From Vitrella brassicaformis CCMP3155 (Eukaryota; Protista; Chromerida), in assembly GCA_001179505.1 (NCBI GenBank), contig CDMY01001036.1, positions 124,001-188,000 of the forward strand: a DNA stretch of 64,000 nt, given 5' to 3'. Below, piece after piece: positions 1-12,874 of the stretch. Made by a program: the position numbers and the translations under genes. Numbering within the stretch: the stretch's first letter is position 1; each line of letters opens with the position of its first letter. The notes under the pieces are model-generated. The model did not search any database, had not been told where the DNA came from, and saw only the letters and a program-made list of their open reading frames with translations.

Positions 1-594
1 CTTAGTCATCATCTGAGCTTCACGTGTGCAGTGCGTACTGTATTTGTGCCATGCCTTACTTGCGCCGTGGACATGCTTCTCGCGGCGCGAGCCATCAGTA
101 AGTAAGTGGGTCATGCGGTGCAGGCAGTCGTGTGCGTTGCCGTGCGTGTTGTGACATTTGTGGTTGGGGCAGACGACATGTATGTCGCTCTATCAAATGT
201 GATGTGCTGTGTGCAGCAGACGGGTGTCTGTCTGTCTGTCTCTCATTGCACACTAACACCCACACAGACAGGGCACACACCACCAACAAGGATACAAACA
301 CGGTATAGCCATCCCTCCATCCCTGCAGTCACTCCTGCCTCTACCACACCACATGTCGCCCTCCTGCTGCCATAACTGTACCAGCAACCCCCTACACCCA
401 CCTTTCACCCCTCTCTCTGTGTGTGTGCGTATCACGGGCGCGTACCCACTCAGCCACTCAGATGAAAATGACATTATTGTCACTTAATTGCCCACTTCCC
501 TCCCTTCCCCGCCCCGCCCCCCTCCCATCCCTCTCTCTGCGTGTCGGTGTATGTGTGTGTGTTATTCCTTCCTCGGTGACGGAAGTGATGTGTG

Positions 595-1462
595 TCAGAA
601 GAACACGAGTTGTCGTGCGGGCGGTGTGATGCGGCCCGCCTTGAGGTTGGCGATGTCCTCGGGGGTAAGCTCCGTCAGCAGCAAACGGTACTTGTTCACA
701 AGACGCATCACCTGTAGGTGAGTGACGCACACACCACCACACACAGGGATGTGCACACGATTGGTTGGTTGACGGACGGCAGGTCAGTCATCTCATCTCA
801 TCGAACCCACCCACCCATATTTCGATGAGGACGAAGAGGAAGTAGAGGAGGGCGGTGAGCCAGCCGCCACTGTAGTTCGCAATCAACAGGATGGCTGACA
901 GACAGACAGACAGACCCACCTCGACTCGAGAGCTGCTCGCTTGGCATGGCGTGTGCGCGTTTGTGTGCGTCTGTCTGTTTCGTAGATGCCATGCATACCG
1001 ACAGCTATCCTTGCCGCGATAGAAAAGCAAAGGTACCCCAGGTAGCCCCACACCTGCGGAGCACACAGATACACAGATACACACACACACAGGGACAGCG
1101 AATGAGCGGCCATCCATCCATCCATCCATCCATTGTGTGTTTGTGGACTGCGTACGAAGATGCGGTTATATGTCCACCCCGCGATGAGACCGCACAGAGC
1201 AAAGGGAGTCAGCAAAAGAAACCTTCAAACACACACACACACAAACACGGAGAGAGAGAGAGGGTGACAGACACTCCCTCGTCTCGTTTGTTGCCTTACA
1301 CCTGTCCTGTGTTGGCCAACCCAATACAGACTCACTCACCATCTGAAGCTTCGGTTCATGGCCCAGGTGACGCATATCAGCAAATCCAACACGCTCAGAC
1401 ACATAACCGTCCTGCTCAGCTGATACGCCAACAACACCTTGCCCTCAGCTGAATGAATGAAC

Positions 1463-1493
<31 letters not shown>

Positions 1494-2063
1494 TGTGGTT
1501 GGCTCTCGGTTTGTTCTCGCCTTCCCCCGCCCACCAGGTGTGAGCGCAGAGACGGCAATGACGCCCATGGTGCCCGGCGGCCCGCCATAGTTGCCCATGG
1601 CCATGCCCGTTGGCCCGAACCCCACTGGCTGCCCCACCACTGTCGGCTGAGGGCCGCCAGTCATCGCTGTGGGAGCAGACGAACCCGGCCTGCGGGCACG
1701 TCATGACAGAGAGAGAAGAGATGATGACAATACGCGTGTGCGCGTGTGCGCGTGTGCGTGTAGGTGTGAGAGATGGCTGCTTACATGTGTCCCATGGCTA
1801 TGCCTCCGGCTGAGGGGACGTGTTGGTGTCTGTCTGTCGCCACGCCCATGAACTCCTCCTGCTGGAGATGACGCGCCTGACATTCACGCGCACACACACA
1901 CACAAATGTTGTCATGCGTGTCATGAGATGGAGTGTTCCGTGCTCTATGCGTGTATGTGTGTGCGTGTGTCTGTCTGTGGCGTACCAGCTCCTCATCGTT
2001 GTATTGGTTCGCGTTGGTCTGTTGGTTTGTCGTTGTGTCCGTCGTCGAAGGCGGATCTGTCAT
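595..2063 (-). CDS. Hypothetical multi-pass membrane protein (about 9 exons); N-terminal DEELARHLQQEEF motif, Gly/Pro-rich linker, about 4 TM segments
   Basis: Phase-consistent exons: MTDPPSTT..NDEEL | ARHLQQEEFMG..AMGHM | PGSSAPTAMTGG..SALTP | AEGKVLLAYQLSRTVMCLSVLDLLICVTWAMNRSFRW | TG (5-nt microexon) | FFLLTPFALCGLIAGWTYNRIF | VWGYLGYLCFSIAARIAV | AILLIANYSGGWLTALLYFLFVLIEIW | VMRLVNKYRLLLTELTPEDIANLKAGRITPPARQLVFF*. Confidence 0.7.
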
Positions 2064-2287
2064 CGCCGATGCTGATAATCAACTGCAGTCAGGGGACTCA
2101 CTGGACGCGATTCAACTGCGCCACGTTCCTCTCCCGTCCGTGTAGCACGAACGACTTTTCTCGAAAAAGCTCGCTGTGGGGTTGCGGGGTAAGAAACCCT
2201 GCTGTTGACATCCACATGGAAGAAGCCCCTGAGCTGCTGTTATTGCCGCACCGAATCGCCTATTCATCGCAGCAAAGCAATGTCAAG

Positions 2288-2718
2288 ATGACCACAGTCT
2301 CCCGCCGGCGCCGTCCCTGGCCCCTTCACAGCGTCAGACTCTCCGTCTCCCTTGTTGTCTGCCTCATCGCTCAGTGGACACGTGCGTGGGACGAGACGGC
2401 CAGCCAGCCACACTCACTGCATGAGTCTCATACACTGTATACAGCGGTGCATCCAATGCATTCGACGTGTGTGTGCGTCACGGGCAGGTGTGTTGCGGTC
2501 CCAGATATGCGCGACGGGCATCTGCAAGAACAACTCGACCTGTGTGGAGGACGGCACCACGTTCGAGTGCGTCTGTGTGGGGCCTTACGAGGGCATCTAC
2601 TGCGAGAAGCGTGAGCCATTCATGAATGAGGAACGGGACAGACAGACACACGCTCAGGGAGGCAGACAGACACAAACACCGACGCTGCTGTGTGTATGCC
2701 TGTCTCTGTCTCTCGGCG

Positions 2719-2749
<31 letters not shown>

Positions 2750-3537
2750 GCAGGGATCTACGCTTGTTACGAGAGGGGCCCCTTCCCCGGTGTCTCGCCC
2801 TGCAAAAACGGCGCCGAGTGCATGAATATCGAAGGGTGAGCAGCCACCCAACCACCCGCACCAAATCGCAATCGCAGGGGCCGATATATAAGTGTGTGTG
2901 TGTATTTGTGTGTGTGTGTGCATCTGCACGTGCGGCCTGCAGTGAGCCCTTCTACACGTGCATCTGCAAGGACGGCTTCGAGGGGCTCAACTGCGATATC
3001 GGTCGGCAGACAGCAGAGACACACCACACCACACGGAAGGGCGGATGGATGGAGGGATGTTTGTGTGCAGACACCAACGAGTGTGATGCCAACCCCTGCC
3101 TGAATGGCGGGCAGTGCGCCGAGGACAGGCCGGGCTCCTTCGTGTGCTCGTGCAGACCGGGGTTTGAGGGGGACATATGCGAGCGTGAGCCTAATCACGA
3201 CAGGGACAGACACAGACAGGGACAGACGCGCATCGCGTGTGTGCAGATTTTGTGGGTGTGGGGGTGGCGGGGGTCGGCGAGGCGCTCAGCTCAAGTAAAT
3301 AAGAGATCCCTCCCTGTCTCCCTCCCTGTCTCTTGCTTGTGTATATATTTCTGTGTGTGGGTGGGTGCGTCATGCACAGCGATGCTGGCAGTGCGGTGGG
3401 TGGTGTTCATGGCCATGTTTGGTCTGTGTGCCTGGTGCTGCTACGGCGTCATCACCGAGTACAGCGAAAAGTACTTCACCGCCGCGAGGGAAAAGGAAAA
3501 GGCCAAAGAGGCCAGGGAAACAGCTGCCGAGGACTGA
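2288..3537 (+). CDS. Type-I membrane protein: signal peptide, 3 EGF-like domains (third Ca-binding type), TM helix, short charged tail
   Basis: 6 phase-consistent exons. EGF1 CATGICKNNSTCVEDGTTFECVCVGPYEGIYC; EGF2 [41 protein letters not shown]; EGF3 DTNECDANPCLNGGQCAEDRPGSFVCSCRPGFEGDIC; TM WVVFMAMFGLCAWCCYGVI. Confidence 0.85.
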
Positions 3538-4847
3538 CTGACCGACTGATCAGATGGACCGACTGACTGACCGACTGATGGACTTGGTTGTGTGACAGCG
3601 TCGCGCTCGAGTGTATGCTCCTCCCTTCATTAGACGTCTATCATACATTCGTTGGAGCAACAAGTCGGACAAGTCAGCTCACTGACACACTGACAGACAG
3701 ACAGACAGCACAGCACACACGCATGCCCAGTAAGTAATTATACTGAATTAGATAGATATCGATCCCACGGCTGGCTGGCTGGCTGTCTGGCCAGCTCCAT
3801 GGCTGGGTCGGTCGGTAATTGGCGAGTCGAGTCGATTCGAGTCGAGCATCCGTCCGTGTGCCGTGTGTTGGGTGCGCTGCGATGCGTGCCGCCAATTACA
3901 TATGTATGTCATATGTGTTTGTTTATCTACACCACAGAGGGGGGCAGGGATGGAGGGGGGAGCGAGGTAGCCATCCATCCATCCGTCCATCCATCAGCTG
4001 CTATATTGCTATGTGGGGGGCGAAGAGCCCCCTCTAATGCCCACCCTCCCCTGCCTCTCTGCCTGTCTGCCTGCCTCGTTTGTCGCCCTCCTTATCTCCA
4101 TCCATCCATCCATCCATCCATCCACCAGGCAGTCCCCCCCACAACACACCACACCACATCATCTTCACCCCTTCCTGCGCTTCTCTCTTTCTCATCTGTG
4201 TCTGTGCGCGTCTGCCTCCACCTGTTGCTTGTGCAACACGAGCATGCAACGACCTCCAACGCATCACAGCACTGACGCATCGAAGAGCGTGGCATGCCCA
4301 AGATACAAGCAACAGGTGGATGGCAAAACACGCACTCGCAGACCCACACACCCACAACACAATACGTCTGACCTGCATGGAACTCACTGACAGGAGAGTG
4401 CTTGTCCTTTCGTCGTGCGTGCGGCACCTCACGTGTGTCAGCCCGCCGACACCACCCGGGACAGACGGACTGTTTGGGGACAGGCCGTCCGCAGCAGAGG
4501 GTGACCCAGGACAACACCAGCAAGGCCCCACGGAAGCGACACAGCAAACGGAAAGACACCTTCCTCAGACCTTCCTTCGCTCCCCCTCCATGGCTATCTT
4601 CAAAACGCACGGACATGCGAGCATCGAGCACCTCACGGACTCAACAACACCATACACACACACACAGAGAGAGAGAGAGGGCAGCCACCCGAGCAAACGC
4701 AGCAGCAGCAGCAGGAGCAATCCCGGGTTATAAAGCGCCCGCCGGCCGTCCCTCCCCATCCACACCCACCCCCCACCCCCACACCCTAAAGCAAGCAAAA
4801 ACGTTCCTCAGCCCCAAAACACACCCCACCCCACCCCACCCCGTCAG

Positions 4848-5319
4848 TCAGGCGGCCACCATCGGTGCATCCCGCATCTCACGATCATGCCCCCCGCCGC
4901 CGCCAACACCGCCATTCTCCATCTCCTCCCGGTCCCGCTTCTGCCGCACCACTGGCACATACGTCCCGCCGCCACTCCCACTACCACTCGCACTCCCACT
5001 GCGGCCGGCAGGCGCGTGCCCGCCCCCCGAGCTACGCGATCCATATCCCTTGTGGTGAGGCTCGCCACGGTAGGGGCCTTTGCGGTAGGGCCCTGCCCCA
5101 CCACTGCCCCCGCCCCACCCCCCGCCGCCCCCTCGTCCGTTGTGCTGCGGGGGCGGTCCCCCGCCCCTGTGGGAGTGAGGCCCCGCCCGAGAGCCCTGTG
5201 GCGGGGGCATGTTGTGGCGATGCGACGTCTCGATGAGCGACGACGGCAGATGCACCTTGATCTCTGATCAGGGGGTGGGTGATGGACGGGCAAGGGGGAG
5301 ACAGACAGACAGACAGACA

Positions 5320-5350
<31 letters not shown>

Positions 5351-7159
5351 AGATCATGGTGGTGAGTCAGGTCACCTGCTCGTCCTGGTTCGGCTAGCTT
5401 GCATGCCCTGGCGGTGCAGTGGGGATCCCTCGGGTGGGCGATGCAGTACGTCACCTCGTTCTCGCGCATCCAATCAAACACTGACACAGTGACACACGAG
5501 CAGCATGGCGACGGAAAGCACACCCCCTTCTCTGTCTGTCTGTCTGTCTGTGTGAGGTGTGAGTGCTCGCGTCGTACGCGCGTCGACGTCGGTGAGGTTG
5601 TTGTTCTCGAGTCGCAGCCACACGGGGACCCATCGCCTGTTGCCGCCGCGGCCCAGTGCGATGCCCTCCTGAATGGCCGTCTGACGACCCACATTGTCGA
5701 ACCTGACCACACACGCACCAACACGCACCACGCACAGCGGACACACCACCAGCAGATCTATCCGTGTGCTCTATGTGTGTGTGTGTGCGCAGGGGTGGTG
5801 GTGTGGGGGGGGGAAGGGGGAAGGGGGGTGCGTGGCTTACTTGTCCATTGGGTTGGGGTATGCGGGGTATCCCTCGTGCTTGGCGAACGTCCACAGCAGA
5901 TGCTTCATGCCCTCGTCTGTGCCAGGGATGACACCACACACCACACACACAGACACACAGACACACGGACACACACATATACCAAAGCATGTGTTTCAGA
6001 GGCACACATGTCACGTCAGGTGTGCTGCTGTGGCTGTGGCTGTGGCTGTGTGTGTAACTGCCTACCTGTGAGTTGGTTGTGCGAGAGGTGGACCTCCAGC
6101 ACTGGGTGGGGATTCAGGTAGATGTAATTGGCTATCGTCTTGGCTCCTGCAACACACACACACACCATAGCCACACCCACACCACACCACACCGACACAC
6201 ACAGATGGACGGACGGCTGTTGACTAAGGTGCATACCATACTGGTCTGTCTGACTGTATTGATTGTATGCTGCATGCCCTCACCCACCCCATCCCCCTCC
6301 CTCACTGACTGACCTTTGTCGGTGATTTGGTTGCGATAGAGCTTCAGGATGTGCACATGAATGCGCCACGTGTCAAACAACGTCTGCACACATCACATCA
6401 CAACACAACACACCACACATCCATGGGGTGCCTCCCGTGGGGTGGGGTGTGTGTGTGCATACGGTGAGTGTCTTGACGCCCTCGTCGGTGATGCTGTTCT
6501 CCGACGCGTCGAACACCGCTGACACGGCGTCCAACTCGCCCAGCTGGAACTCAGTGCGCAACGCACTCATCCGCGTGTCCAAATACCTGACAGACAGACA
6601 GACAGACAGACCCATCGCACACACACACACACAGACAACCACACACACACACACTTGCAGGCGAGACGGGGCGTTCTGTCTGGCTGTGTGTGCTGGGTGT
6701 GCGTGTGTGGTGTGTGTGTGTGTGAGTGCTCGTCAGGCTATGGGTAGTGTGTTGGTGTATCTGAGTCTCCACATCCTTCGGTCGATGGACAACCGACGTC
6801 GGTGTGGTGCAAGGTACAGTGTCATCACCCAAGCACCTCCCTGCCTGCCTCCCTCCCTCCCTGTCTGCCTTTCACCCTCCACCCTCCTCAGCCACCTACC
6901 TGCAGAAGGCGTCGAGATCCCGATCTTGCATCAGCTGTCCACAGAGGCTCACATGCAGCACCCTCTTCTGCTGGTCCACCTCCAGATATCGGTGAGGATT
7001 CTCCATGACCTCGCAGTGGCCCGACCGTGGCTTGGGCGCCATGAAGGGACCGTGGCCGCGAAAGCCGCCCTGCCGGGGAGGGCCGTGAGGGCCGCGCCGA
7101 AAGGGGTGAGGCGACGAGTGATAGTCACCGCCGCCGCCACGACCACGATGGTAGCTCAT
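4848..7159 (-). CDS. RNI-like leucine-rich-repeat protein with Gly/Arg/His-rich disordered N- and C-termini
   Basis: 8 exons. LRR-like strands FDASENSITDEGVKTL, LKLYRNQITDKGAKTI, VHLSHNQLTDEGMKHL and LRLENNNLTD; termini MSYHRGRGGGG.. and ..[14 protein letters not shown]..; stop at 4848-4850. Confidence 0.8.
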
Positions 7160-7289
7160 GGTGCCACGCAAGGCGAAAGACAGTGTAATGAGAGGACGAG
7201 ATGAGGACGGGCAGGCGAAGCGTCTTTTGTTTTTTGTGGCGAGCTTTTCGTCGACCAGGAGGAGGTTGTGCAGAAAGAAAGCGACGGAG

Positions 7290-8802
7290 ATGAGTTCAGA
7301 GGGAGATTCAGGCGAGATGCCTTCGCCTCAGCCATTGGATGGTGGATCTGACTCGGCTGCATCCTTCTTCGCCGTTTGCTTCACAGTACGGAGTCAGTCA
7401 CCGGGGATGGTGGATGGTGAATGGGAGGCGTGAGAGGGTGTGGACGGATGGATGACGTCCATTGTCTGCTGGTGTGTGGTGTGTGTGTGTGTGTGGTGTG
7501 TGTGTGAATGAAGGCGAATTGTCCGCATGTGCTCCAGCAGGACTTCCTGTCCGCGGAGCTTCCTGCGCGAGTCGACGCCCATGCCCCCTGCATGGACTGT
7601 GGCGACAGGGGCGAGAACTGTAAGACATCCCAGACACTGTGTCTGTGTGCACCACACAGCATCCATCCGTCGTGCCCTTTTCCTTTCTGTCTGTGTGTGT
7701 GTGTGTGTGTCTGACAGGGTTGTGTCTGAAGTGTTATGGGGTGCGGTGTTCGAGGTATCGCAACGGGTGCCATCAGTAAGTAGGAAGGGCCGCATCCTGC
7801 ACACACGCATCACGTGTTTGTTGCGTTGCTGTCTTTGCAGGGCTCACGTGCAGGCGTCCGGCCACCTCATCGCCAAGAGCCTGGTAGACCTCTCCACGTG
7901 GTGCAACGGCTGCAGCGAGTACATCAAGTCGCCCCTCCTAAGGCGCATCAACGACATGTGCTACGCGGCCAAATTTGACGAGGTCATTTGACGGACAGAC
8001 AGACGGACGAAAGACGAGAAACACACACACTCAGACAGACATGTCTCATCGTGCGTGTTGTGCTCGGTGTGTCTGTGTCTGTGTCAGGCTGACCCATTGT
8101 CGTCTGTAGGGGAGGATGCTGCCCGTGGTGTTGGTGGCGGTGGCAGCGGCGGGAGCCCATCGAGGCGCAACGGCGGGGCGACGGAGGAGGCCGGGGGAGA
8201 GATCCTGAGGAACATTGTTCGTGTGCAGAACGCCCCTGCTGACCGCGCCCCTCCGCAACCATACAGCCTGAACGCCATACTACGGTCGGTGGCCACATTG
8301 TCGCCCAGCCCATATCGACAGACATCTACACACCAAGAGCCTATGCTATGCGTGTGCAATGACTGCGTGCAGGGACGCTGTGGTGACGGCTGCCATGGGC
8401 ACTGAAACTCCGTCTGTGGGCCGCCCCGCGAACGAGCGAGAGCTGCAGCTGGTCACGCAAGGCATCTTTGGACAACCTCGGCCAACACCAGCCGTCAGGC
8501 CCACACCTAACCGCCCTCCCCCGCCCTCTCAGTCCAGCTCAGCAGCAGCTGCTGCTGCTGCAGCCATCGAGTCGTCCCCCGATGCGTGTGTCATCTGCCG
8601 TGAGGAGCTCAGGGAGGGCGAGACGGTGGCCTACCTGCCTTGCTCATGCCTGGCGGCCTACCACAGCGGGTGCATTGAGAGTTATCTGGTGCTGACGTCT
8701 CAGTGTCCGCTGTGCAGGGCGTCCCTCGCGTCGTTTCTGGGGGACGACGAGGGGGCGGAGACAGAGGGAGGGGAGGGAGGGGAAGTGGGACATTGTGATT
8801 AA
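7290..8802 (+). CDS. HDAC6-type ZnF-UBP (ubiquitin-binding) domain fused to a C-terminal ZNRF-like RING finger; putative E3 ligase
   Basis: Spliced FFAVCFT|ANCPHV..CMDCGDRGENW|LCLKCYGVRCSRYRNGCHQ|AHVQASGHLIAKSLVDLSTWCNGCSEYI (ZnF-UBP pattern); last exon CVICREELREGETVAYLPCSCLAAYHSGCIESYLVLTSQCPLC; all 6 exons phase-consistent. Confidence 0.85.
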
Positions 8803-9306
8803 AAGTGTGGGTGTGTCCCGGCGTTGTTCTTGCTGGTGTCTCTGGTGTCTGTGTGGAGGTGTGTGTATTGTGAGGGTGGATTGTGAGGGTGGACAGGACA
8901 GGACACAGTGACCCGTTTGGCTGAGCTTGTGTGTGATATGGATGAGGATCTTAATTCACGTACGTACACAGGAATGAAACACGCGCAGGAGTCTCGCTTA
9001 GGCACCTGACACATCACCCATCCGACCGATGAATCAGTCCACCAACACGTCCGTCAATCCACCAGGCCTCATCGGATATACCACACACATGAATGAATGA
9101 ATGACACACTCACACACACAAAGGATGGCCATCACAGACAGTGCGTGCACCCATCTAGCTAGCCAGGCGGCCAGGCAGGCAGGCAGGCGTCATGCTACCA
9201 GTAAAACTGCATCCTCCGGCGAGACATACACAACAACATGGCTATCTCTCGCCCCCCCTCTGTCTGTCTGTCTGTCTGTCTGTCGAATATCTGTCTGTCC
9301 GTTGGG

Positions 9307-11160
9307 TTATGTGTCCTCCTCGCCCCGGCCGTTGGCCTCCACACACTCGCCTACAGCCGTGGGTCGGTGTGAGAGGGGCGACGTGTCGGTGAGGCCGCTG
9401 GTGGTGCTGCTCACCGAGGACGGCGCGTCGTCCTTTCCGTCCTTGCCGGCCCCTCCCCTGGCCGATGGGGGCTGGGGCTGGCTGCTTTTGACGGCGTTGA
9501 ACTTGGCTGCTGTGTACATGACCGCTCCGAAGGTTGACACAAGTATACCTGATATATATATCGACCAGACAGACAGACAGACAGACAGACCAGACAGGGA
9601 GGGATGCGAGGCGTGGCGTCTGTGTGTGCAGCCATGATCTTGTGTTGGGAGGGAGGGAGGGAGGGAGAGGGAGAGAGAGAGAGAGAGGGCCCATTGACGT
9701 ACCCGTCACAAAAGTCAATGTGAGAGCCACATCGGGGAATATCAGGATGCCCAATACGTCGCATATGTTGTTCTTGAAATTCCTGCACACAACAAACCAC
9801 ACACATGCAGCATCCATGTCTCCCTCCCTCCCTCCCTCCCTCCCTCCCGCCCCCTCTCTCTCTCCGCCCGCTACATCACCGCTTACGCGCACACGGCGAC
9901 CGATAGGGCCGAAGTGTGGTTTGTCGCCAGGAAATGGCAGTAGTTCAGGGCGCTGGCCAGCACGCTGCTGAGGACGAATATGATGATGAAGGATGGCGTC
10001 CAGAGGTTGGGATAATTGACGACGAGAGCCATCTCGTTCATAACGGCCACCCACACCATGAGGTACACGCTCATCCCGAAGGACTGGTAGAGCAGCAGGC
10101 TCCACTCATTGTCGCTCTCGAACGCCCCCGCCTGACGCTGGAAGGCGCTCTTGGACACCACACCGTACCAACCGCCGCTCGATATGCCACCTACACACAT
10201 ACCCATATGGCCAGCTATGTGTGTGTGTTTGTGTGTGTGCAAAGGGCCAGGAAGGAAGCGGATCTGACCTAATGCGAGAAGTAGGCCTGGGAGAGAGAAG
10301 TAGAGGTCGCCCCATGCGGCCATGAAGGCGCCGAATCCCATGACGAAGGCCGATATGACCACCGCCACGGTGGGGATCTTGCGGAACATGAGGTACTCAG
10401 CAACGATGGTCGGCACGCACCCCAACCGCACTATGGCCGAATTCATCGGCACGTTCAAGTACCTGACAAGACAACCACACACAGTGTGATGCAGCCAGCA
10501 TTGAAGAAAGAGAGGCCCCCGGCCATGCCCTGCCCCTCCTCTGTCTGTGTAATCAATCAATCGCACTCACTTAAGGGCCGACAGTCCCAAGAAGATCCTG
10601 AGGAAACTCCACAATGACATGCCCATGAGCTGCCCCTGCCGCGCCCACGACAAGTTGGGCAGCTCGACGGCCTTCCCCGCCCCTAGCACCTTGACCACCG
10701 CCACGGTGAAGAGCTGCTGGGCCAGCAGCAGCACACCCACCGCCTTGAAGTGCGCCGTCGACAGGATGGCTTTGTTGAACAGCACCAAAGATATCGACGT
10801 CGCCATGTAGGCGAAACACGAGAATAGCGCCATCGGTAGGTCGCGGAACTCGCCATGGTGGTCGGCGTGGGGCTGTTTGCCGTGGTGCTGGTCGTCTGCA
10901 GAAGGCATCTTGCCATCATTCTCCTTTTGCTGCATTCAAAATGACCAACAATTGGTGACATACATAGCCATTGCAAAGACCGCATTCTCTCGCCTCACCG
11001 TGGGGTATTGGACGTCAATGCGTTTCTCGAGTAAGGGGGAGGCCTCGCCAGACGTCTGCTGCGACTCGTTGGCCACCGTGCTCTCGCGAGTGCTCTCGCG
11101 AGAACTGAACGGCGCCCTCGCCCCGGCCCGCAGCAAAAACAGCGACGCACCGGTGCTCAT
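9307..11160 (-). CDS. Nucleotide-sugar transporter (TPT / SLC35D-GONST-like family), multi-pass
   Basis: Exons encode SISLVLFNKAIL..LLLAQQLFT, YLNVPMNSAIVRL..EYLMF..GAFMAAWGDL, SLLLY..ASALNYCHFLATNHTSALSVAV and KNNICDVLGILIF..GAVMYTAAK, which are typical NST/TPT motifs. Confidence 0.9.
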
Positions 11161-11354
11161 GGGCGGCCAATAGACGTTGTTCTAATGGGATATCAGGGCT
11201 CCGGACCCTCCGTTGTTGCCGAATGCGGGTCGGCTTATCGATGTTAGTAGAGAAGGTCCTGGAGGAGCGAGGGGGGGTGAGAGGGGGGTGCAGAGGGCCG
11301 CCGGCGTCGCTGCTTCTTGCAAAAAGAGCGGCGGATAGCGTTGAGGCCTTCAAA

Positions 11355-12380
11355 ATGGTCAATTGCCGGCTCGCATGCGGCGAGGATCTGTGGGCGAGGA
11401 TCGCAGCTGCCCCCAGCCTCACGACCTCAAGCAGATCTCCCCGTACGTTCATTGGAGGAGGATATCCTTTCAGTGCTGGGCGGCTACACACATCCGTCCA
11501 CCCACTGTTCCTACACATCCTCCTCTCTTCTGTCTGTCTGTCGTCTACGGCAGTCCCATCTATCCATCCCATATGTATATAGATCCACACATGCAACTCT
11601 CTCCCACGCATGCACCTCCGCAGCACACACAGCGCAGCACAGCACAGCACTCCATGAGATGCAAGGGACGGGCTCTCTTGTCTGTTTGTTGCTGTCTGCT
11701 CTTCCAGCTGTGGTCAAAAGCTCAAAAGCACTGACTGCACTGTCGTCGAGTTGGGTTCGGCACATGCATGGTGGTCGGGTGTGTGGCGCTCGTCTGCCGT
11801 CGTCCCGTGACGGCGAGGGAACCCACCTGGTTGATGTGGGTCTTCCTACCGTCACGATACGCGCGGACAACGATCACCAGGCCCCCGACCATCGTTCAAA
11901 ACCAACACAACACAGCCGTCACGCGCCGTCGACCGAGAGAATGTCAGTCATCAGGTGTGGTGTGGTGTGCGCTCATGGTGCGTGCAGAGAGATTAGGTCT
12001 GTCTGTCTGTCTGGCCATGGCCCGTCTGCTAACGTCACACATGGCATGGATGCGCCACACGCACAGAAACGTCCCTGCACCAGTGCCGCATCTACACAAG
12101 TAGTGGTCCATGCGTCACTCGTGTAGGGGCACATGAGTGCGTCCGTGCCATCCATCCATCATCGATACTGCGTGGTGTGTGTGCCGACAGACAGACAGAC
12201 AGACAAACAGGTGGACTGACATCGGAATGTGATGTGCACATGAAGGTCGATAGCGAACGAGGGGAGAGAGGCAAGCCAAGGGGGTGGGGTGGGGGCGGTC
12301 GGGTCGCTCATAGCACAGCACAGCACAGCACACGGACAGCGGACAGAAGGACGAAGGAAGGTCATAGGTACATCAGTAAT
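11355..12380 (+). CDS. Possible short multi-exon gene (unresolved), divergent from the transporter
   Basis: caaaATGG start at 11355, donor gtacgt near 11443, acceptor ttccag near 11707 and further short exon-like blocks between microsatellite introns; no unique frame could be fixed, and the gene may run across the gap at 12575. Confidence 0.2.
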
Positions 12381-12574
12381 GTCGTCGGTGTGGCAGGCAG
12401 GCAGGCATTGGTCCTATGCTCAGAGGGAGTGGGTCTGTGTTCAATGAAATGGTGTGCGAAGTCTCTCTCTCTCTCTCTCTCGGGTGGCGTGCAAGTATGC
12501 AGTCAATATACATATACGTTATTTGCAACGTATCTATCTGTCTGTCTGTCTGGACGTATAGGTCCCCCCCCCCC

Positions 12575-12874
12575 NNNNNNNNNNNNNNNNNNNNNNNNNN
12601 NNNNNNNNNNNNNNNNNNNNNNNNNNNNNNNNNNNNNNNNNNNNNNNNNNNNNNNNNNNNNNNNNNNNNNNNNNNNNNNNNNNNNNNNNNNNNNNNNNNN
12701 NNNNNNNNNNNNNNNNNNNNNNNNNNNNNNNNNNNNNNNNNNNNNNNNNNNNNNNNNNNNNNNNNNNNNNNNNNNNNNNNNNNNNNNNNNNNNNNNNNNN
12801 NNNNNNNNNNNNNNNNNNNNNNNNNNNNNNNNNNNNNNNNNNNNNNNNNNNNNNNNNNNNNNNNNNNNNNNNNN
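12575..12874. other. Assembly gap (300 N)
   Basis: N run flanked by poly-C on both sides. Confidence 0.99.
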
